Origin: Raillietiella orientalis
Lineage: Eukaryota
Direction: 5' to 3'
Length of the DNA: 64,000 nucleotides
Assembly: GCA_036172245.1 (NCBI GenBank)
Contig: JAYWIR010000026.1
Span: forward strand, 620,001-684,000
The notes under the pieces were generated by a model. That model saw only the letters and a list, made by a program, of their open reading frames with translations. It was not told the origin of the DNA and searched no databases. Below, piece by piece: positions 10,401 to 20,549 of the stretch. A program made the position numbers and the translations under genes. Every line of letters starts with the position of its first letter. The first letter of the stretch is position 1.

Positions 10401-11500
10401 CAGGAGCTCATGTCAAACTGTTGGTCAAAGACGCAAGCAAGGATGTCAGTGGACAGGCACCAGAGGACCAATTGGATCGGTTAGTATTATATGGTACGGT
10501 GACCTGTTTTCTACAAGAAAATGACAGTCTGGAACTACTTAAAAGAAAGAAGACTAGTCTAGAAATACTATGCCAGCTAACAGTAGCCTCGCTGGAAGTA
10601 AAAGAGAGTAAAGTAATAAGTAAAAGTAATGGAGACAGCTCTGAATGTCATGTTGGGAAGAAAGACCTATCGAATCGAGCATATAAGATAGCCAAGGCAA
10701 TATGCTGGAAGACCGAAAGAATAATTGATTTTTTCACCATCAGTGACAACAACAGAGCATGAGAGCAGGCGGTCGCCCAACAGCTAATGACATTGTGGCT
10801 CAAAGCCGAAAACAGTAGCACCGGGAGCAAAAGGGGTGGAAATTTGTTTCTACCACCGCCGGGAACAGCACCACGACAGAAACGACTAATCAACAATATG
10901 GTCGAACTGGTGAAGATGTGGACAAGTACGAAAAATACGCACTTGTACAGCAACAATAGCGTGGAGAGAGGCAATCTGGATGTTGAGAGCGAGCGGATTA
11001 GCGAGACTCTCACTTTCAACGAGCAGGAAGAGAATAGCAAACAGGCGTGCCAAAGTTTTACTAGAATTGTTCTATCGACCCACAAAGTCGCCCTTGAGCA
11101 CAACAAAGTTTGCGTTTTCTGCCTGTATAGAGAGATGCATCCGGAAGCCCAGTTGAACCCTGCGGAGATGTTGCAAATTGGCACAAATATTGATGCCTAT
11201 GGGGCAGCCTTGGCTGCAAAACATAAGGAAGAACACGCCAAAAATGGAAACATAGATCGAGAGACAGTTGTTGAGACTTTGAAGACACAGCTTTGGGATT
11301 CTCCTGTCAAGGGGTGGCACAGAGTGAACAGTGAGAGCGACAGGTATCAGCGCGCATGTACAGAAGTTGAGACAGTCGCCACTATGATGGGAGATAATAT
11401 GCGTAGAGAGCATATAGTGAACAGTGGCACACTACACCAACAGATTTACCTACTATCACAATTGCGCAGCGTAGAAATCTTTGCAGTAAATGAGGAAGAC
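10391..11500 (+). pseudogene. Orphan intronless reading frame of about 370 codons with one internal stop; unknown product, candidate captured viral gene
   Basis: ORFs 10421..10762 and 10787..11557 share a frame. The sequence is more A-rich and lower in GC than the flanking retroelement DNA and has no retroelement motifs. Confidence 0.6.
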
Positions 11501-12650
11501 TGCCTGCGGACTGGACTACCTGGCTCCAGGAGTCCGTTTCCGCATGGGCGAAAATAAACGGCTCCAGCGAAGAGGACTTCTCCTCCCTCCGTAGAGGAAG
11601 GCACGCTGGTCAGCCACTCCAGGAGATCATATGCAACCCACGGAAACTTCTGTGGGCGTCCTTCACCCTCCTGCCCCCATGCTGCCCTCCCTCAGGGAAG
11701 TTCGGGACAGCCAACATGAGGCATCGAGGGAAGTGTCCTGCTTCATCGGAGGCAGGAATAAACTATTGAAGGCGTGGACGTCAAGGGAACTAGCGGACGC
11801 TAGTACAGCCCCCGTCCCGCCGAACGGACTTTTACGCTGGAGCGCGCTGCTCGACATACCTACGGAGAAAGTGAAGTTGCCCCCAGAGTCTTGGGTCAAA
11901 GGCACCCTTCCCCTGCAGTGGCAGGAGACGGCGTTGCTGCTGCTCCATTGGGGAATATTAAGCAGAGCATGCCTGTCTCACTAGACATCGGGGAGTGTGG
12001 ATGCCAACTGCACAGAGTGCGGGGAACGGGAGACCTTCCCCCACCTGATTCTGGAGTGTGTCGCCCTCCGAGAGATATAGGACCGACTCTGGTCGATCCT
12101 GAACATTCCGGTGGGCGACCCGAAAAACATATTCACACGCCCCCTGATGCGGGACGCCTTGCCAGCTTCCGGGTGTGTAACAGTACTTTATTGCATACGG
12201 GGAATCCTGGACTAATAGACCGCGTCAAGGAGAGAACGCAAAAGACGGAGTGCCATGCACTGGGCAGCCATTTCCTTGGAGAAGGCCTGCCTTTGGCACC
12301 GACTTCGAAAACATTCGGCGGCACTTGTTCGCATCCGAAACCGGATGCAGAGGCCTCCTCTCGGCGTACCGTGATCCCCCCCCTTTCCCCTCCCCTCCCA
12401 AACACATTGCCCCTCCCCAGTAGTTTTTCTTTTTTTGTTTTCTTTTTGGTTTTCCCGCCCCTGAGCCAGTGTGGAAGACCTAATCGGCCTGCGGGTCGCT
12501 AAGGACAACTGCCATAACAACGACAAACACAAATATGATGACCAAAAAGACCAACATTATGAACGAAAAAGTCTATATTTTGGAATTTTTTCTTTACTTA
12601 TGATTGCGAAAAAATTTTAATAATAAAAGCCCAGGCTCACTCGGATCAAC
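11500..12650 (+). mobile_element. 5'-truncated retrotransposon 3' fragment (ORF2 C-terminal region plus 3' UTR)
   Basis: WLQESV, LLRWSALL and PLQWQETALLLLHWG, plus a zinc-finger remnant. Degenerate terminal motif AATAAAAGCCCAGGCTCACTCGGAT at 12622-12646. Confidence 0.88.
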
Positions 12651-12651
12651 A

Positions 12652-12995
12652 ACCTGCGCTGGTGCTAAGCATTCCCAGCCATCGGCGTCCTTCAACCTAG
12701 TCGACCCGGATTGCTAGGTGTATCTTTCGGTCCCAGCTCTTGCTTACGCCAGTCGTCGGACGTCCTTTGCTGGAGTAGAGACGGACCAGTTTGTGAGGGA
12801 TTCACTAAGCAGAGCTAGACCCTCTGCTACCTCAATCCCTCGCAAAAAGCCGGAGGAAGACGGTTCATAAAGAACTGGTCGGACTGAGCTCTTCATTTCG
12901 TCCCAGTCAGAGAGCGTCCGAAGTTGGAATTCTCGCTGAAGCGCGCGATGTTCCGCTGCTCCTGAGAGGCTCGGCCAGTCCTCCGGCAGGAGCCA
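12652..12995 (-). mobile_element. ORF2 fragment (end of endonuclease and linker)
   Basis: Reverse strand encodes a WLLPEDWPSL...DWDEMKSSVR-like segment. The duplicate at 57371-57720 is contiguous with a longer minus-strand ORF2. Confidence 0.85.
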
Positions 12996-13199
12996 CGTTT
13001 CAGAGGGTGGACCTCTGCATTTTGTGATTTTTGTTGACTTTTGTGATTACTTTCCAGCATTCGGACCTAAGAAACCAATTGCGTCGAGGCGGTGTGCTGC
13101 TATGGCGTGTAGTGCGGTTTTCTGAACAGAGTTTGAGTGAAAGCCTAATCGTGGGTGAGCCCGGCACGGGGTGAAATATCAACAGAAGATGAATGGTAG

Positions 13200-14340
13200 T
13201 TACAAGCATTCCGGGAAGGGAAATGCAGTAAATGGAAAACTTTTCGTATTCTTATGAAAAGGGTTCTTGGAAATCGATACTCTCTTTACAAATCTTTCTT
13301 TTCCAGCCAACTCACCAACGCAGATACCATGAAAAGTGCAAGATGGGCGTGTTTCTTGCATGCGTAAGAGGTCAAGGAGAGGGGTATGAATAGCGGTTAT
13401 GGAGAATGCAGGATGAATGATGTATGTGCATTCGTGAAGGAAGAATGGTTGGTGCATTGGTATTGCATGGATATTTTCAGGGACTTACAGGTTCTGTAAG
13501 TGAAGTAGTAAGTTTGGATGAGGATCATGGCTAATTTACAAAGATCTGCTAGAAATGGATTGAGATGAGCTTTGCGTATTGCAGAGTGTAAGAATTTCGA
13601 CACATCTGCCTGGTGATGTGGTCACATGCCACTGAATCTCAGAGGCATACCCTTTGAATGATGCATATCCAGGATTCCAAAAGTAAAAGGAGGGACATGA
13701 GGTCACTGTTTTCCTTTTATAGGTATGTAGAATGGTAAGGGGGATCAATGTTGGATGCTTCAGCAAGCTTGCTTTAAAAGTGACAATGCTGGATTGCAAA
13801 AACGAAGAGCAGATGATGGGAATGCAGATCGGCAGATTTGGATTGATTTTAGATTATGATGAAAGCTAAGGCAATGAAGATGTTCATCGAAAGGGCATTG
13901 GAGGAGTCGACTTAGTTAATGCCAATGGTTTTCGATAGTGATTCGATTCTGGTTACAAGTCTGCACCTTTGTGCAGGGATAGTAAAAGTTTTGGGAAGTA
14001 AAGTTTGCATGGACGGTTGATAATGGATCCAGTAAGACAGGATATCTGGTAGAGGGTGGAGGAATGGAGCATGGACAGCGAAGAGGAGATTGTGTTTACC
14101 ATGAATTTTCTGTTTCGTGGACCGGTGTGGAGGCAGAGAAGTATGTAGAAAACGGGATTTGAAGAGCGTGATTAAATGGCAGATGGCAACTCTGGAAAAG
14201 AGAAGGACCAAAAGCCAACATGTGGGTACTATGTGTGGAATAGAATCAGTTACTTGATTGTCAAAGTTTCGGTGTTCCCACTCGACAAGGTTTGTTTCTT
14301 TGCAGTCATCTGTTTATGGTACTCATTTAGGTTGTTGTAG
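13200..14340 (-). mobile_element. Possible highly decayed Penelope-like element fragment (RT end and GIY-YIG-like)
   Basis: A DDIFI-like motif is recoverable with one frameshift near 13880, and PSCTFHGICVGE...FVKR near 13290-13350 resembles CxxCxxxYVGET..F..R. Weak evidence. Confidence 0.3.
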
Positions 14341-15589
14341 TCAAAGGGTCCACTAGAATCGAGTTGAGTGGGCACGAATCGGTGCCTCATGCTGCAGAGC
14401 ATTTTCGAAATAGAATTCCTCTTCTAGCTAAGGTGGTAGATTGTCGGATCCACAGAGACGGCATCGATCTGGATTCCAAGGAAGGGGCTAGCTCGTTAGT
14501 GCAATACGTCTTTCGACGCATTGACCATGCGATTCGTGCTGGGAAGTGGTACGAGAAGAAAAGCAATGGCGGTGAACCATTTCGTATTGTAAGTGGATTG
14601 AATAATCAGTGTCCGTGTTCCTGAATATGGGATGCAGTTCTGGCAATAACCGGGAACAACGAAGTGGAACGTTCGGAAGGGCTCCTGTGTGCAGTCTTTG
14701 AGAGCCAAAGTTGAACTCATTTTTGACTTCCGGTTGATTAATAGCGCTGCAAAGCAGAAGTCGAAATTCCGATCCATTCAGCGGATCATGCACAAGAGGA
14801 AAATCGCCTGCGCGTTCATCAAGGACAGCGTGGAAGCTTTCTTCTCTTTTGCGGCATTTGGGAACACGAGAACGTGGAAGAGTGCGTCGTGATTCCTGTC
14901 CAACGAGTTCCAGTCCAACTCGGAAAGGGACAGACTGTTCTCTGGGATGCCAACTACAGTGATGCCAGAACCCACTGAACCCCATAACCTCACTCACCAA
15001 CGCAAACAGTTGAGGGATGGGTGAACGATAGATTTCACTGCGTCCGCGAGGAGAAATCCAAGTGCATGCGGCTCGAGCGAACAACATTGACGTCTTCGTT
15101 CTGATCGAGCAGCTCTCGAAATGCAGGCAACGGATATGGGAGCCTCCGGTTTGTATTTTGAATGGAGCGCAGGGAAAACCGGAATGTTTTGGGACGCTTC
15201 CTGCCTTGAACTCCGTCATGAATCCAAGCCTGAGGCGCTGACCGTTGTGTTCACCCTCATCGGCATCGGGCAAGCTCCTATTCTTTCAAGGCCCCTCCGA
15301 CAAAACGAAGGGCTGCTCACGAATCTTTCAAGGAATGTTCCCTGCAGAGCGCTTGTCGTTACGCTAGATGTTCAAAGATCTGTGCCAGAGGAGCCCTCAT
15401 TTGAACTGCTTGACTCTTACAGCAGAGATTTCGCTCGCAGACGATGGAAGTGGTGGGCGCTCACATAAGCAGGAAGTGCGCGTGTACACACTTTTCGAAT
15501 GCATGGGGGAGAGAGTTTTTAGTAAAGGATCACGAAAATTTGCTGGTTCTCACTGAAGGAAGAAAGGAGTTACGGACGGTAAAGTATTG

Positions 15590-16600
15590 TATATGTAAGG
15601 TGGTTCGTTCCCAAACGTTCACATGGGAGCCAGAGGGCAACACAGTCCACGAGCAAGGGTGGGAAGGATTCGTGTTCCCTGCACTTGCGACCGTCTCCGG
15701 GCTCGCCCTCCCCAGCGTCCAGTGGTGTCGACGCGCGTTGCAGGGGACACCCTAGCGCAACAGCAGAAGTGACGACTTCTGCCACTCCAGGGGGCGGGCG
15801 CTACCGCTCGTGAGCACAAAGGGTCACTCTGGGCCTGCAATGGTTGTCTTCGAAGGAAACCTTGGAAGGAACCTCTTCCTTGCTTCGATTTCCACGCACA
15901 CAGAGGTGTTCTCAGACGGTGTTTTGCTCCATCTCAGACCTGAGGCCTAAAAAGGGGGCCGTCGTCGCAGTTCTTTCATTCAGTTTCTTCAACAAGCAAC
16001 CGCTTAGGGAGATACCGTCATTGACGGTACCACTGAGCATTCTGCTATGTTCACAGTCTGCGTAAATGCTAAATTTACGTGCAAGCGGGAACATCCTTCC
16101 TTACCCCCTTCAAACACACAGTTTCTTTAGAATGGTATATATACATGTCTCGCACTGCAGTGTTTTTGCGCCGGTCTTTTAACCGGGCTCGTATCCAATT
16201 TCCTTCACGTGTTCACTTGCCAGGTGGCGTGCCTTTGACCTGATAGCGCGACCGTTGACCGCATTTGGCGCAGATATGGCCACTGTCGCGTAGAACGCTT
16301 CGTCCTGCTGCTGCAGGTGTGTTTACGTGCCTAACCATATTTTATGAGGCATTGGATGGCTCATCTCTTTCGCAGCACTAGACTGTTTCACTCTGATGTA
16401 GCTCTCTGCATTGACCGGCACTGCCCGTTCTTTACTAGATGCAAGGGTGGAGGGTGTAACGTTCGCCGAGTTTTAGTGACGCAAACAGTAGAAAAACTGC
16501 CTCCAGATACACTTTAGTAGTTTGCACCTTGTCAGTCTCAACCTAAAACTTACGCTTTCCAGTAATGCGGTTTGGGGCCATCGTAGTGGTCAGCCTTTGG
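15590..16600 (-). mobile_element. Decayed ORF2 3' region remnant
   Basis: Reverse strand GVPCNARRHHWTLG matches GLPCNARRHHWTWG at about 24790, and upstream parts resemble 24050-24700. Confidence 0.8.
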
Positions 16601-16749
16601 TGCAACGACCGAGCATCACTTTGGAGGACTCAGTCGTGATAAGGATCTCGAAACCAAGGTCGAGGAACCACAAGCTACAGAAGAATGCTTCAGAAAACGA
16701 AATCGAAAATGTCTTTTTTTCTTAAAGCCTGCATAACGAATCATGGCAA

Positions 16750-17620
16750 GGCTTATACATAGTGCACGAAATGAACAGTAACAATCCTCGAATATCTATG
16801 CAATCGTACACACAATATACCAAACCGCATGCACAACTCATGAATCCATTTCATCATTCACACCTCATTTCCAATTTGTGCGATTTGAGGCCACCGTTCG
16901 CATGTTGGTGAAATGATGAATAGTACAGTGAATTACGTTTACAGAGGCATACATTCGGGCTATCCACGTAGCACCAGTCAGATGCAGCATCTCGTGCTGA
17001 ATATGTGATTCCCATACACACAGAAACTCCGGTTCTTGAATTTACGAAACACAGGGGATCTGTTTTGCTGCCAAGTCGGCTGATTCCACATTCCTTCAGA
17101 ATCACCATAATTTTTCATATTCGCAAAATCTTCCTCCTATCCGGGATTTGTCGCAACAACATAATTATTCTACATATATAGTCTCCACCTATTTCAGAAT
17201 TCAACACATTCGACTCTTTTTGATCAGAAATAGTTTCCGTAAGTGGTTGCAAAGTTATCCTCACACCGTACATACTCAAACAGACTCGACATTCCAGTCA
17301 GATTCCATAATCCAAGCAACGTACTCATCGTGCGCTTATGCAAATTGGTATCATACACAAAGCAACCGACATAATAACCTTCACTGCCAACAAGCCTCAG
17401 CTCTTGACGAACAGCATAAGCACCCTCCATGAAACCGAAATCCCTAAGCCGAATACACGCACCAGAACGCAACACCTTCTTAATCCAGGAGGAACCACGT
17501 CCAAAATTGCCACGATCAATAACGCGCCTCCTCAAAGAATTACGCTTACAATGATTACCAGGAGAATGCAATGCACCACGTCTACGACGCTCTTTACGTA
17601 AACAAACATTCCTAAGATCA
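16750..17620 (-). pseudogene. cap: Endogenous CRESS DNA virus capsid gene remnant
   Basis: Arg-rich N-terminus (RKERRRRG..KRNSLRRR). SSLFEYVR (copy 2: SSMFEYVKLYGVRI) resembles the LFxxYRIxGVKI capsid motif; also DWCYVDSPNV. Divergent from the adjacent rep. Confidence 0.7.
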
Positions 17621-17770
17621 GCACAATGAGGTGCACGTGTTGCAACAGGCATCCTCACACCGCAACCTCTTGTATCCTAATGCATTGCAAAATGAAGGGA
17701 ACAAACAGAATACGAACCCCCTGACCTTCACATTCCTCCAATTTGACACCGACTACGCAAAAACCACATC

Positions 17771-17806
17771 GAAAGAGCAGAGGGTGACCCCGACCTCGGC
17801 ACTTTC
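17771..17806. promoter_or_regulatory. Putative rolling-circle replication origin stem-loop
   Basis: GAAAGAGCAGAGG-10 nt-CCTCGGCACTTTC (11 of 13 paired), lying between the cap and rep starts and 45 nt before the rep ATG. Confidence 0.65.
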
Positions 17807-17850
17807 AAAACCGTACCAAAATAAAAACACCCGCACCAAAGAGTTCCAAC

Positions 17851-18760
17851 ATGCCGTACCCAAAGTGCACGCGACGGTGCTTCACCTCAAACAACTGGAC
17901 AGCCGCAGAAGAAACGCAGGAAAGGTCACTTCGAAAAGGGAAGCACGCAATCCTCGGTGAAGAAGGAAGCTCAACAGCAACCCCATATCTCCAGGGATGC
18001 TTCCAAATAGCAATACCCTCCACGATACCTCAGCCAAAAGGCATCCAACGTTTCTCAAGAGCTCCCGTGCAAACCTCTAAACGAAATCCTCAACGCAAAA
18101 AGACCGCAATGCGAAAGGGGCCACCGAGAAACGAAAAACCTCCTATTATAAAAGATCAAGTACATCCATTACAAACACAAAGGAACACAATGCATTTCAG
18201 ATCTTCACATACAGAAAAGAGGGAAAAAACAGAAAAAGGGTTTTGCGAAAACGAATCACAAACATTCGATAATCAGAATGGCTTCGACATCGACAGCATT
18301 AGACTCGGACAAACCTACCCCGCGAGCAATCCAATAATCCTCAAAAGATAACAAGTACGGCGAAATACCCCACAAAGACCTCATGCAAAGAGAACCCGAC
18401 TACCGAGATACACATTGGTACACCGACTACCAAGGCAACTGGGGAAAAACCACAGAAGCTAAACATATCAAATGCTACGCACCGTACTTAACCAATCCCA
18501 AAAAGAGAGGCGGCGCCCACACGCGGAAAAGAGTGACCCTCAACATGCTGGACCTTACATGACCACAGCAACTACGGAATTATGGAAAGCCGGAAAAAGG
18601 CAACGCTGAGCTCCACGAAAATCCCAAGGTCACCTTAAATTATACGATCCACCTCGCTTCATCATCTTCCTCAACAAGGAATCCAACCACGAGAAAATCT
18701 CAACCGACCGCTGCATCATCCCTTATTCCACTGAAGACCTATTGGAACCAATGCCACCGA
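17851..18760 (+). pseudogene. rep: Endogenous CRESS DNA virus Rep remnant (HUH endonuclease plus SF3 helicase)
   Basis: Motif I CFTSNN, motif II ILGEE...TPYLQG, Walker A HWYTDYQGNWGKT, and motif C region YDPPRFIIFLNKE...KISTDR. Frameshifted. Confidence 0.9.
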
Positions 18761-19559
18761 AGAAAGGCATTTCCCACGCTAAAGCGCTAAGCATTAATGC
18801 GTTCCACCAAAACCATGCTGCCGAATTCTTCCCTTCTTTGTCCATGAAAATCTCGAACCAATTTTCCATTCAGTCTTTCTAAACAAGATGCCGGTGAGGA
18901 TGCCCCTTGCTCCTGAAGCAATGTTCTGTTGCACCTCCTGACTTTCAGGTAGCACTACTGTTTCAACATGCCCCTGCCATCCACACCATCCAGTTCATTC
19001 TTCATTTTTGCAACACGGAAAAAAGGACAGATTCCAGTCGCTCACAGCACACATAGGATGCACACGCCTGAACTGTTTTGTGCTTTGACAAGGCATATGC
19101 ATGCTCAAGACAACACGAAAAAATGCAGGTGGTCATCAACATAGGACTGCAGCAAGTGAGTTTATCATCTGAACAGCAGTTCTCCTGCAACACCATGCAG
19201 TTCACTATTAGGGAGACTTTCCGACGAGGAGATTGTGAGCACCAAGCATACTGATGTTTCCAGTCCCAATGACAAGACACCATGCTGTTTTCTAAAGTTT
19301 CCTAAGAAGCTGACACACTTGAATTCTTGTCAAAACACTTTTTCTCTGTATGTTTCATCCTGCATACGAAGCGTTTTATGCGGATTAAAAATGTAAATGC
19401 ATCAATAAAAAACTTCGTACGCCAAGATTGTTCGAAAGAATTCATTCATGTTCGAGCATTCAGTGAACACAGCTTTTCATTGAGCAACACTGCAGTGCTA
19501 CACACCCGAGCTGCATAAATTACCATGAGCAAATCCTGATCAAAATAAGATGAAGACCA

Positions 19560-20480
19560 ATTATAAAGATACGGACCAAAGCCCTCCTCAGAACTGCCCT
19601 GTGAAGCACAGCGAGGTCACGAGTCCGATTGAAAGACTTGTGCGCTAAACTCAGGGACGGTGTTTTGGGCCTACTGACGATGGAGCGCATACAACAGATC
19701 AACTTTAGGAAGCTAGCCCTTGCGGCTAGCTTATGGTTGACGTCATGGTGCGAAACCGCACGGCTACTCGCCAGAAGAGCGATGGGTTGCAACGATTTCA
19801 CGTCGATTCTCGTGGCATACGAGCGCAGCCTCAACCACATCTGTGGCTTTCATCTGCGCCAGATGTTCGCCATGATGAGGGAGAATTCCTGGATCCCCTG
19901 CCGCCCCGCGAACTGCACTGCCTGGCTTCAGGAGTCAGTTTACGCGTGGGCCAAGATCGATGGCTCGAGCGAGGCGGAGTACAACTGTCTCTGTCGAGGA
20001 CCCAACGCTCGACAGCCCCTGCAGGAGATAATCAACAACCCACGGAAATTGCTGTGGGCTTCTTTGACCCCCCTTGCCTCCGTGCTGTCCTGCCTTCAGA
20101 ACATCGGGAACGGCAACGAACGAGCATTGTGGAAAGTGTCCTGCCTCATACGAGGCAGGACAAATCCATTGAAGGCGTGGACGACTCAGGAGTTAACGGA
20201 CGCTGCAACCGCGAGCGTCCCGTCTAAAGGAATTGTGCGCTGGGGCGAGCTACTCGGCATACCTCCGGAGGAGTTGGACCCCAGCGTGCTGGGATTCTTG
20301 CACCCTGTCCCTGGAGTGGCAGCAGACAGCCCTGCTAGTGTTCCATTGGGGACTCCTTTGCAGAGCACACCTCTTCCATTGGACTTCAGGGACTGTGGAT
20401 GCCCATTGAGCAGGGTGCGGGAAACGAGACCTTCCTCCACCTCATCCTGCTCTGCACGCCCGTACAAATGGAGGGTCGAA
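19560..20480 (+). mobile_element. ORF2 post-RT fragment
   Basis: ORF 19629..20516 has RDGVLGLL, SWIPCRP, WLQESV and AWTTQEL, homologous to B ORF2. Confidence 0.9.
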
Positions 20481-20549
20481 ATATCATTCCCTACATGGTG
20501 GACCGTTCCATTCTGATCCACATAACGGAAATGGAAAAATCCGCGGCCA

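Larger units (their letters stand above)
12652..15884 (+). repeat. Segmental duplication X, copy 1 (copy 2 at 57371-60594)
   Basis: Near-identical sequence and near-identical ORF translations in the two intervals. Confidence 0.97.
15885..19559 (+). repeat. Segmental duplication Y, copy 1 (copy 2 at about 45945-49895)
   Basis: Collinear homology covering the retroelement remnant, CRESS genome and downstream flank. Near-identical from about 18630 onward. Confidence 0.93.

Noticed and set aside
10396..11532. 11-bp direct repeat GGCTCCAGGAG (10396 and 11522) as a TSD of the orphan ORF
   Set aside because: ORF2 homology begins about 20 nt upstream of the second copy, so the repeat does not coincide with the boundary.
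14846..14880. LRHLG segment resembling the mononegaviral L protein FRHWGHP motif
   Set aside because: Needs a frameshift and substitutions, and no other L motifs are recognisable nearby.
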